A stretch of DNA of 42,753 nt from an uncultured delta proteobacterium (GTDB lineage: Bacteria; Desulfobacterota; RBG-13-43-22), in contig CAWJJC010000009.1 in assembly GCA_963843145.1 (NCBI GenBank), forward strand, positions 1-42,753, in the 5' to 3' direction. The position numbers and the translations under genes were made by a program. The notes under the pieces were generated by a model, which was not told where the DNA came from, made no database searches, and saw only the letters and a list, made by a program, of their open reading frames with translations. The first letter of the stretch is position 1. Every line of letters begins with the position of its first letter. Below, one piece after another: positions 35,461 through 42,753 of the stretch.

Positions 35461-35788
35461 TCGGCAATATAAGATTAGATTTTATCTCTTTGTGTGCATC
35501 ACTTTGCGTTTGTAATACTTTTATAAAAGCATCAAGTTTACCTGCGGAAACAACTATACTTGCCACACAATTGGCCTGAACTTCTTCGGGAATTCTCTGC
35601 TCGATGGCTAATTTTATATCTGGGCATATTTCAAAAAAAAGAATTTTAAATTCGTTTTCTAATCGTTGAACAACTATATTACTGGCATATCGAGTAATTA
35701 TATTATCGGGAACATTCCATCTTAGGGGAACCGCCACGCCATGAATTTTCGCTGTCGCCTTCTTTTTTTTACTTGTATCGGTAGCCAT
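35441..35788 (-). CDS. DUF3467-like protein
   Basis: YASNIVVQ...EF.I.FF...A.CVASIVVS...L.AF..VL pattern; AGGAG RBS. Confidence 0.6.
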   Translation of the reverse strand: MATDTSKKKKATAKIHGVAVPLRWNVPDNIITRYASNIVVQRLENEFKILFFEICPDIKLAIEQRIPEEVQANCVASIVVSAGKLDAFIKVLQTQSDAHKEIKSNLILPSVSKAS

Positions 35789-35810
35789 AAATTTCTCCTT
35801 TTTAAAAGGG

Positions 35811-36353
35811 TTATGCGAACATTCCCCTTGCTAATTTTCTTGCAGGTATTGTATTTGTGGTCGATGAAATAGTTTTTAATTTATGGTCAATTAGCCTTAC
35901 CACCTCATCTGATGTACTTGGCGGCATGATTTCCTTAAATCGAGTGGTATCTGAAATAGTAGCCTCTTCTTCCCTTTCTTTCAAAAAATAAGGATCTTTA
36001 TCAAAACTTGGAACCTCTAGGGATTTTGAAGATAAATTAAGTTTCCATTCGGCTAATTCACCAAAAGAGACAAAGCGGACCACGAGGGCAACGTCAAGCG
36101 CAGAAGACAATTGTTTTAATGTTCGCAAAGAATAACTGCAATAATTAGGGTTTTCAATGGCAGAGATTCTTTCCTGTTTCATCCCCGTTCGAGAAGCCAA
36201 TTCTTTTTGGGTCCATTGCCTGTCATGTTGTTCTCGTAAGGCTCGTATTTGAAATGGGATAGTTTCGTCGGTATATGCCGAAACAAAAGAATCCCTCTGC
36301 TTTTTATTTTTTAGTCTTTTTTTTAGTAATTCTCTCTCTTGGACAATATTCAT
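35811..36353 (-). CDS. XRE-family HTH antitoxin (HigA-like) with C-terminal extension
   Basis: QIRALRE....WTQKELASRTGMKQERISAIENP.Y..YSLRTL..L..ALDVAL.VRF, followed by a tail of about 65 aa. Confidence 0.85.
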   Translation of the reverse strand: MNIVQERELLKKRLKNKKQRDSFVSAYTDETIPFQIRALREQHDRQWTQKELASRTGMKQERISAIENPNYCSYSLRTLKQLSSALDVALVVRFVSFGELAEWKLNLSSKSLEVPSFDKDPYFLKEREEEATISDTTRFKEIMPPSTSDEVVRLIDHKLKTISSTTNTIPARKLARGMFA

Positions 36354-36717
36354 TGATATGTCTCCTGTTCTCGAAAACTAATTTGCGCCTACGCTCCGCT
36401 GTTTCTATGGCATTGGGGGGGGTCCATACTTTGCCTTTTTTACTTGCTCCGATCAACAAAGTAAAAACCTGGGGACCTGGCCCGAAACACCCAAGAGGAC
36501 GATATTGTCTATCTTTACCTTTAATAATAATTTCATGAATATGGTCATGGCCGTGGAGTATATCAAAAAAGGGACGGCCCCAAGTCTTTGTGATTGACAT
36601 CATGTCAAGCCTCGCCCTAATTTTTTCTTCTATATCAGCGTCTTGACCTAATATCCACTCTTCAAAGGTATCTTGGCCATTTACTTTAATAAAGACTTTG
36701 AATGTCCACTCTTTCAT
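36304..36717 (-). CDS. RelE/HigB-like toxin (Gp49-like)
   Basis: F.EW, F..L.G...IHEII.K....QYRPLG.FGP....FTLLIGA.KK......P.AI..AE.RR; upstream of and overlapping the HTH gene. Confidence 0.75.
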   Translation of the reverse strand: MKEWTFKVFIKVNGQDTFEEWILGQDADIEEKIRARLDMMSITKTWGRPFFDILHGHDHIHEIIIKGKDRQYRPLGCFGPGPQVFTLLIGASKKGKVWTPPNAIETAERRRKLVFENRRHINEYCPRERITKKKTKK

Positions 36718-37102
36718 GGAATATATAATAAAAAAGTTATATTTTCAAGCGATTTTTGCTGAGACAAATATAATAAATTTATTATATTGCTAATTCTCTA
36801 AAATTTCCAGTTAATTAGTCGCTTTTAACACATCCATATTGAAAAATATACTAAAATTTATGGAAATCGTTGATCCTGGGCGGTTTGGATAGGGTTTATG
36901 TTGATTAGGATGGGAAAATCTGATATTTAACGGCTGATTGAATAAGTAGTCTGGTTGGCAACCCTTTAACCGGAGGAGTCAATGCGGATTTAATGACCCC
37001 GTTTCTCAATAGAGAGGTGGGGTTTTTATTTTTGGTGGACTCGTTTTCCAAAATAGTGACTCTCGAACCAACCAAAAGCATTTGGACAAAGGAGGAAAGA
37101 CG

Positions 37103-37400
37103 GATGAGGATTAATAAGGTTTTACCAACCTATGCTCGCCTGATGGTTGTGGGACTTGTAGTTTTTTTGGGCGTGTTGACTATTATTGGGTGTAGATCAA
37201 CGATGGTATGGGTCAAACCGGGGGCAACCGAGGAACAATTTAACAAAGACAAGTATGAATGCATGAGAGAAAATCAGCAAGTATCTTCTGCGACCTATGT
37301 TAATCGTTATGGTGGTGGTTCATCGAGTAATGTAGTAGTTGACCCGGATATGTACAACGCATGTCTGCAAGCTCGTGGTTATTCTCTTAAGGAAGAATAA
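37103..37400 (+). CDS. Small lipoprotein
   Basis: GGAGG RBS, hydrophobic stretch ending IIGC, W.KPGAT...F.KD.YEC...CLQARGY. Confidence 0.75.
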
Positions 37401-37539
37401 TTATCTAAGTATTGAAGACTGAACCAGTTATTTCGTGTCCTTCCGGCAAACGTGCACCGAGCAAAAAGATTTAGACCCCACCTCAGTTGAGGGCCGATTT
37501 TTACACAGGGAAGATCAATCGTAAAATGGAATAGGAGTG

Positions 37540-37573
37540 CCCGGGCCGAGGGACCAGATGCCCTCGGCCCGGG
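37540..37573. terminator. GC-rich hairpin downstream of tnpC
   Basis: cccgggccgaggg - accagatg - ccctcggcccggg; no T-tract. Confidence 0.45.
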
Positions 37574-37580
37574 TCCGGTA

Positions 37581-39125
37581 TCAGGAAGCGGCTACCCCGT
37601 AGTTCCAAGGCAGATAAGCGTCCGGGGAATGCTCCAGGTCTCGGCCGTTTTGGAGCAGCCAGGTCAGGTAATCCAGGGGATTGACTCCGGCCAGTTGCGC
37701 GGTGTGGATCAGGCTCATGAACAGGTCCCCGACATGGGCCCCCCGTTGGGTTTTGTAGAACAAAGCATTTTTACGATTCAAGATAGCATGCTTCAAGACA
37801 CGCTCGCAGAGGTTGTTATCTAGTGGGGTCCCGGGAACCCGCAAGAAACAGGTCAGCTTGGTCCAATGGTTGAGCAGGTATTTGATGGCCTTGCCTAACC
37901 CGGAGTTAGGCTCCACCAGATTTTCCTCGAGCTGCTTCCGGGCCCAGGACTCTAAATCGTCCATGACCGGTTGACTGTAGGTCTGATGCCGGAGCAGGCG
38001 ATCCTCGGGAGATAGGCCCTCTTCCCGGATCAGGGCCTCCTGTTGATAGATCAGCCCCAGTTGCTCAATCACATAGGTACACTCCTCCGGGAACCGATCC
38101 ACCAGCTCGACGAACTGGCGCCGGGCATGGACCAGGCAGTTGGACAGGATGGTCTGGAAGTCATGGGAGACATTCCGGGATAGGGCATCGCACATTTGTA
38201 TAGGCGGTGCCAGACCGGTGGCCCGGCGCTTAAGCAAGTCGTTCAGGTTCTCCCCGGCATGCTGCCCCCCGGTGCGGAACAGGGCGATCCGGTGATTTTG
38301 CCAATAGCTGACCAAGCCGGTGGTAAAGATGCCTTTGCGCTCACTCTCCGGGTCCTTCAGGAAGGACAGGATCTTCATGGTGGTGTCGTCGTTGTGGATC
38401 AACTCCCCCTGGGCCGCTTTATCGATCAGGCCCTCGTAGGCCGGGACCAGGATCAAAGAGGCGGCGTATAAAAGATCCCACTGGGTCGAAGACGGGAGGG
38501 GTTGGCCCAGGTGTCCCTGGAGCCTTTCGATCCGGTGCAGGGGCAGCCCGCAGCCATATTTAAGCAGGGCCAGCATGGCTGTGGCCGAATCGGTATATTT
38601 TTGCTCGCCGACCTCGGCCGGCAGTTCCGGGGTAAAGACCTCGCCGCAGAGATTGCAGCGTAAGCGGGTGCGTTCATAGACCGTGGCCTTCAGTGGGGCT
38701 TCCCCAATAACCTGGACGAAGATCGCCGGTTGAGCCAGTTCGTAGAGCTTGCCCTGTTCACAGCCCGGGCACCGGTCTTCGGGCTTCAGGTGGGGATGGT
38801 CCAGGGTGACTCGGGCGCCGCCGGTATAGGAGGCCGCGCCGTTCCGGCCATGCCCTTTGCGCTTCGGCTTTTCTGGCGGTTCTTTCGGTGTCTCCGGAGG
38901 TTCCTTCCGCAGCACGTTGCGCTGGGTCTCGGTCGGCGCCCCCAGCAGATGCTTGGCCAGTCGCCCCAGGGAAGTATCCTTTTCCTCTATCGCCAGGCTT
39001 AACGCCTCCAGGGTCTTGGTCATGCCTTCGAGAACGGCCCAGTCCTCTTCGGCCAGTTGGCGCTTTTGGATCCGCTCCTGCAGGGCGCTTAACTTGGTCC
39101 TCTGGCCCTTGCGCTTTACCCGCAT
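37581..39125 (-). CDS. tnpC: IS66 transposase TnpC
   Basis: CPGC...CNLC zinc finger, KY..GLPL.R, HNDDT, MCDA, CLVHARR.F, LDNN.CER motifs; the ATG at 39125 overlaps the end of the DUF4338 gene. Confidence 0.92.
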   Translation of the reverse strand: MRVKRKGQRTKLSALQERIQKRQLAEEDWAVLEGMTKTLEALSLAIEEKDTSLGRLAKHLLGAPTETQRNVLRKEPPETPKEPPEKPKRKGHGRNGAASYTGGARVTLDHPHLKPEDRCPGCEQGKLYELAQPAIFVQVIGEAPLKATVYERTRLRCNLCGEVFTPELPAEVGEQKYTDSATAMLALLKYGCGLPLHRIERLQGHLGQPLPSSTQWDLLYAASLILVPAYEGLIDKAAQGELIHNDDTTMKILSFLKDPESERKGIFTTGLVSYWQNHRIALFRTGGQHAGENLNDLLKRRATGLAPPIQMCDALSRNVSHDFQTILSNCLVHARRQFVELVDRFPEECTYVIEQLGLIYQQEALIREEGLSPEDRLLRHQTYSQPVMDDLESWARKQLEENLVEPNSGLGKAIKYLLNHWTKLTCFLRVPGTPLDNNLCERVLKHAILNRKNALFYKTQRGAHVGDLFMSLIHTAQLAGVNPLDYLTWLLQNGRDLEHSPDAYLPWNYGVAAS

Positions 39126-39985
39126 AAGACCTCCCGGAACCGGCGGTGTAAGGGGTAAAGCCAGATGGTCTTGACCGGTTGCCTGTGGGTGTTGGTCCGG
39201 TCCCATTTCCCCCGGCCCTGGGTCCGGCCCACACAGATCCAGTTGGCCGCCTGGTAGCAGGTGCCGGTAAAGCGCCGGGCTTCGACAAAGGTTTCCAGTA
39301 AAACCGGGCGATACCGATACCGCTCTTCCCAGTAATCCGATAGAGTACGCGAGGCCAGGCCCAGGATCCGGGAGGCCAGGTTCTTACCCCGCACCCAGGG
39401 CAGGATCAGGAAGCGGCTGTTGTCCACCACCTGGTGTAAGCGTTGCTGCCGCTGCGCCTCGGTCCAGCCGATAAAAGTCTCCCGGGGGGCTACCCGCCAG
39501 GCGGCGGCGGAATAGCCCAGTAAAGCAATCAGCTTCCCGGAAGCCCGGACCAGAAACCGCATCTGCGCCCCGCCGGCCCGGCAGTACCCTAGATAGTGGT
39601 AGCGGTCGATCAGCTCGTTCCAAAGGGGCGAAGTCGAAGGTCCCACCGCCTCCAGGTTCAGCTCGACCCGGCCGGGTTCCAACTCCAGCGCCGGTTGCGG
39701 ATCACCCTGGGGTGTCCGCAGGATCTTACCGACCCGCGACGGTCGCTGCCGGGGTGCCGGCAGTTCAATCAAGCCGACTCGCTCCAGACGTAGCAGGGCC
39801 ACCCGGCAGCTCATCTCTTTCAATCCCCCGTCGGGTTTGCGCCAGTCCGTATGGGCGCAAAACTGACGGGACAACTGAGCCCGGTTCAGGTGCGGCTGGG
39901 TAGCCACCTGATCCCGGATCCACGACAGGTCCGTCTCACTGAACTCTCGACCACAGATCGACAACGGAGTCTCCTTCCCAAACAA
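39116..39985 (-). CDS. DUF4338 (DruA-like) domain protein
   Basis: WNELIDRYHYLG, RE.FIGW, VVDNSRFLILPWV..KNLASRIL, PVLLETFV...RF.GTCY.AANW..VG.TQGRG motifs. Confidence 0.88.
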   Translation of the reverse strand: MFGKETPLSICGREFSETDLSWIRDQVATQPHLNRAQLSRQFCAHTDWRKPDGGLKEMSCRVALLRLERVGLIELPAPRQRPSRVGKILRTPQGDPQPALELEPGRVELNLEAVGPSTSPLWNELIDRYHYLGYCRAGGAQMRFLVRASGKLIALLGYSAAAWRVAPRETFIGWTEAQRQQRLHQVVDNSRFLILPWVRGKNLASRILGLASRTLSDYWEERYRYRPVLLETFVEARRFTGTCYQAANWICVGRTQGRGKWDRTNTHRQPVKTIWLYPLHRRFREVLCG

Positions 39986-40039
39986 ACGTTGACGATCCTA
40001 TAGCAAATTTTTTTCCTTGTGGCCAGTACTTTTTTTAGC

Positions 40040-40399
40040 TTACTCCATTTTTTTCAGCGGGCGGAATTCCTCCGGGTTGATCCCCCAGGGGTCGCTGTTC
40101 CACAACAGCATCTGCAGTTGCCGGACCGCCAGTTCCCGGACTTTACCCGCAGCCGTATCAAAGGACCAGATGAACCGCCCTCTGGACAGACGCTTGTGGC
40201 AAAGCCAGAATCCCTGGGTGTCATAGGCCAGCAAACGGATGGCTTGTCGGGAGCGGTTCACGAAGACAAACAAGGCGCCGGAAAAAGGATCCTGCTCCAG
40301 CCGTTGGCGGCAAACCGCGCACAGGCCGTCTATCCCTTTGCGAAAGTCTACCGGTTCCACCGCCACCAGCAGCCGCATCTGCGGCGTGAGTTGGATCAT
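40040..40399 (-). CDS. tnpB: IS66 accessory protein TnpB
   Basis: PVDFRKGIDGL, DPFSGALFVF.NR, YD.QGFWL..KRLSRGRF.W motifs. Confidence 0.93.
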   Translation of the reverse strand: MIQLTPQMRLLVAVEPVDFRKGIDGLCAVCRQRLEQDPFSGALFVFVNRSRQAIRLLAYDTQGFWLCHKRLSRGRFIWSFDTAAGKVRELAVRQLQMLLWNSDPWGINPEEFRPLKKME

Positions 40400-40755
40400 G
40401 CCAGAAAGTCACGCACCAAGCCGCCGAGGTCCGGCAGCGGGCTGGAACTCGATAGACGCAATCGACCGCCATCCGGTCGTTGGCATTCAATCTGCCAGGA
40501 GCCGGTTAAGGGACGAATATCCAGTTCGGTAAATTGAACCGGCGCTTTTTCCGATAAATGTTTCTTGAGGTCGTTGAAGGATAGCCGCAGAACCCGACTG
40601 ACTCGAGTGAGTGGATGCTCCCGGCAGAGTCGGACCGCCACCGCCCATAGGTGCTCGGGGATCGGTTCCCGACCTGTCTTGCTGGCTCGCCAGGATTCAA
40701 ACTGTTGTTGAACGGACTCTAAATTAGGGGTATGATCTGTGGCTGAGTGTTTCAT
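40396..40755 (-). CDS. tnpA: IS66 accessory HTH protein TnpA
   Basis: F..WR......EPIPE.LW..AV.L...H....VS..LRL....LK and F.EL motifs; ATGA overlap with tnpB. Confidence 0.8.
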   Translation of the reverse strand: MKHSATDHTPNLESVQQQFESWRASKTGREPIPEHLWAVAVRLCREHPLTRVSRVLRLSFNDLKKHLSEKAPVQFTELDIRPLTGSWQIECQRPDGGRLRLSSSSPLPDLGGLVRDFLA

Positions 40756-40848
40756 CGGCTATCCTTTTCTTTTTCGTCATCGGATAGCCTGAGCTTATAT
40801 CAGGGCGCCTGGCCTGCCAAGCACGCTTGCCGGAAGCACACAATAAAA

Positions 40849-40912
40849 CGAATATCGAATATCGAACGCCGAATATCGAATGATAAAAGGGTAGGGGCGA
40901 CTTTAGTCGCCC
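40849..40912. repeat. Heptamer tandem repeat (aatatcg) plus REP-like hairpin gtaggggcgac-ttta-gtcgccc
   Basis: cg aatatcg aatatcg aacgccg aatatcg aatg at 40849-40882; GTAG-footed hairpin at 40891-40912. Confidence 0.7.
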
Positions 40913-40936
40913 GCTGGAGTTTGGACCTTTTTCAGG

Positions 40937-42313
40937 TCAGGTATAAGCATAAATCATGAGATTTTTCGATATATTTTGTGTTGGGAATGGAGAAACTGAC
41001 GTTTCGTTGATTTCACGACGCAGTTGCGTAAACAGATCCAACGTAGAGAAACGGTGGGGCGGCTGCTTTCTCCACTTAGGCAGAGGGGCGAGGGCCTGGG
41101 AACGGCCCGGACCATACGTTTGGAGGCCAGCCACTAACAACAAACTATACGAAGCTACCGATAAAGCGGGATGCCGGGGGACGGACTTTAGGGAATGCAC
41201 TTGAGCCTGACCTACCCCGAGCAAGGATTTTTGATCACGATGATTGACCTCGATCTGCCAACGATCAAAATAGGCCTGCACCAGTCGTTTCAAAGAAGCG
41301 GTCACATCGGTGGTCAACAGATAAGCCGGATCCCGATAGTAGGTGCGCCCTTTTTTGGAGTTTTTATACGGTTGGGGGGCAATCACGATCAACCGCAGGA
41401 GTTGGGTGCCGGCCCCACGGCGCCACAAGAGGTTCTTCCGTTCTTTCACTCGGATCCAACGTCGACGATTCGCGTAATAGATCCGGACTCGTTTCCAAAC
41501 CACTCCGGAATCGGCCCGAACCGATTCCGGAGTAAACAACTGGGCCTCGTAGCGCCGCTTACCGGGCCCCGCCGCCGGGTAGCACAAGCGGGCATCTTTG
41601 CGACAGCGGGCCAGGAGGATCACCCGATCCCAGGAGGCCCGAAACAAAGTCCGATTACAAAAACTACCGTCCAGAACGGCCCACAGCCGTCGATGGGTGG
41701 CTCCGGTATCGTCCAGCCTTTTTCGCAACCGCTCCAATTGCTGGACGGCCGAACACGACAGATTGATTTCCTTCTTCAAGCGACGGTAGGCCTGCCACTC
41801 TTCGTCGGTAGCCCGCTTGCCGGGCTTCTTCACGGTGGGGGCCTGGTCGAACGCCATCGGAATAGCCCGCGCCGCAAAGGGACCCTCCTGATGCAGAGGA
41901 AAAAGCAGACTGGCCTGCAAAAACCGCAAACCAAAACGCAAGTTGACTCGAAACGGGGGAGACAGCGGGTCCTTGTGCCATCGCGCTCCTGGGATCTTCT
42001 TCCCGGTTTTCGGATACAAACTGTCATCCAAGGCTACCGTCACCGGACCCCGGTCATAGCGCCCCAGATAGGCGTCCAAAACGGGATCAAACAAGTCCGC
42101 CGCCTTCCAAGGGCTCCGGGAGAACAACTTGTAGTCCGCGCTCCAATCCCGATCCGCTCGATCCAGGGCGCACAGACTTCGGGAAATGGTACGCCGACCC
42201 AGAACCAAGGGCAGACTCAAGGCCTGTCCTACGGCCCGTTCCCGGGTCCGCTGTTGAGCAAAGACCGGGCGCCAGCCTTCAGCCATCAGCGAGGTGAAGG
42301 TTTGGAGCAACAT
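40937..42313 (-). CDS. DDE transposase (IS4/IS701-like)
   Basis: VALDDS..PKTGKKIPG, VLDGSF, LLTTD and Y-x2-R-x3-E-x6-K (YFDRWQIEVNHRDQK). Confidence 0.9.
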   Translation of the reverse strand: MLLQTFTSLMAEGWRPVFAQQRTRERAVGQALSLPLVLGRRTISRSLCALDRADRDWSADYKLFSRSPWKAADLFDPVLDAYLGRYDRGPVTVALDDSLYPKTGKKIPGARWHKDPLSPPFRVNLRFGLRFLQASLLFPLHQEGPFAARAIPMAFDQAPTVKKPGKRATDEEWQAYRRLKKEINLSCSAVQQLERLRKRLDDTGATHRRLWAVLDGSFCNRTLFRASWDRVILLARCRKDARLCYPAAGPGKRRYEAQLFTPESVRADSGVVWKRVRIYYANRRRWIRVKERKNLLWRRGAGTQLLRLIVIAPQPYKNSKKGRTYYRDPAYLLTTDVTASLKRLVQAYFDRWQIEVNHRDQKSLLGVGQAQVHSLKSVPRHPALSVASYSLLLVAGLQTYGPGRSQALAPLPKWRKQPPHRFSTLDLFTQLRREINETSVSPFPTQNISKNLMIYAYT

Positions 42314-42315
42314 GG

Positions 42316-42654
42316 CTACCGAGCCTTTTTTAACAACCCAAAAACATTTTTGTCGGTACGCACGAAACGATCGCCTCGCTGGACCTTTTTCACCAGCGAC
42401 GAGACCAGCGATTCCCGGTCGACTTGGCGATTATGGACTTCGGCCATCCGACGGATGATCTCGCTGATATGCAGCGGCCCCTCGGTTCTTGAAAGTATGT
42501 CGAAAGCCATGTCTACCTGGGACATACCTTTTCTGATTTTACGCTGGGGAGCTGTTTCTTTACCGGATCGCAATCGCCGGACGGCTCGCAATTGGGCTTC
42601 CAAGCTGGTTTCAATTGCTTCAAAAATGACGTCCTGGACCTGGGATTCGTTCAT
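42316..42654 (-). CDS. Small winged-helix (HARE-HTH-like) protein inside the IS
   Basis: MSQVDMAFDIL....GPLHISEII......VDRESLVSSL.K.V....RFVRT.KNVFGL; GGAGG RBS; 2 nt upstream of the transposase ATG. Confidence 0.75.
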   Translation of the reverse strand: MNESQVQDVIFEAIETSLEAQLRAVRRLRSGKETAPQRKIRKGMSQVDMAFDILSRTEGPLHISEIIRRMAEVHNRQVDRESLVSSLVKKVQRGDRFVRTDKNVFGLLKKAR

Positions 42655-42753
42655 GATGCCCTCCTTCGGATTGTTTCCGGGAGGATATCATCTTTAAATA
42701 TGTATGTCAACTAAATTAATAACATACCGACATAAAAAGTCCAAACTCCAGGG

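Larger units (their letters stand above)
34358..37434. mobile_element. Terminal part of an element integrated at tRNA-Arg(UCG) (prophage/satellite/ICE remnant)
   Basis: tRNA 3' fragment, arm-site-like actataca direct repeats at 34520-34538, visibly AT-rich DNA, phage-like and TA genes. No integrase in the window; the right limit is set by the IS66. Confidence 0.7.
37435..40841 (-). mobile_element. IS66-family element (tnpA-tnpB-DUF4338-tnpC)
   Basis: 21-bp terminal inverted repeats with 2 mismatches: gtgtccttccggcaaacgtgc at 37435-37455 and gcacgcttgccggaagcacac at 40821-40841. No 8-bp target duplication is visible. Confidence 0.88.
40914..42751 (-). mobile_element. IS4/IS701-like DDE insertion sequence with passenger gene
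   Basis: Terminal inverted repeats ctggagtttggac (40914-40926) and gtccaaactccag (42739-42751), extending imperfectly inward. Confidence 0.85.

Noticed and set aside
39116-39985. Druantia defence system
   Set aside because: Only the DUF4338 domain is present, inside an IS66; there is no DruE helicase or other dru gene.
40040-40399. RNA-guided TnpB nuclease
   Set aside because: This is the 119-aa IS66 accessory TnpB, unrelated to the IS200/IS605 RuvC TnpB.
41195-42697. 500-aa plus-strand ORF
   Set aside because: Antisense shadow of the transposase and HTH genes, with no recognisable motifs.

Overview
42.7 kb bacterial window, probably Desulfobacterota/deltaproteobacterial (inferred from gene content and repeat types). 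Both ends coincide with IS termini, so it may be a whole contig. (1) 1-1441: frameshifted ISL3 element. (2) About 1.5-18.4 kb, all on the minus strand: a surface-polysaccharide locus headed by an RfaH/NusG-type antiterminator with an ops site, an EPS-type MarR, a lipoprotein, wzm, fcl and a frameshifted wzz. Its distal part (4.0-12.7 kb) is an array of about 11 co-oriented toxin-antitoxin (TA)-type modules: Uma2, several MNT/HEPN, HicB-like, DUF6516, DUF1778-GNAT, DUF433-DUF5615 and PIN. The modules are punctuated by three copies of the 5' end of a nucleotidyltransferase gene whose decayed full-length copy lies downstream, plus a 5' fragment of a sugar dehydratase gene. (3) 18.7-34.0 kb, backbone: arsC, PilZ, an AIR-synthase-like protein, a large GltD/FdhF-like fusion bracketed by 25-bp repeats, a sigma54-driven Cys-rich GcvH-like protein, pyrF, moaE, pstSCABB and a large secreted Gly-rich protein. 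(4) From a tRNA-Arg(UCG) 3'-half att site at 34358 onward: an integrated-element remnant with a RelE-like/XRE/DUF3467-like triplet, an IS66 carrying a DUF4338 gene, and an IS4/IS701-like element carrying an HTH passenger. The best candidate for an undescribed system is the TA cassette array with duplicated host-gene 5' ends inside an RfaH/ops operon. All family assignments come from motif recognition, not from database searches.
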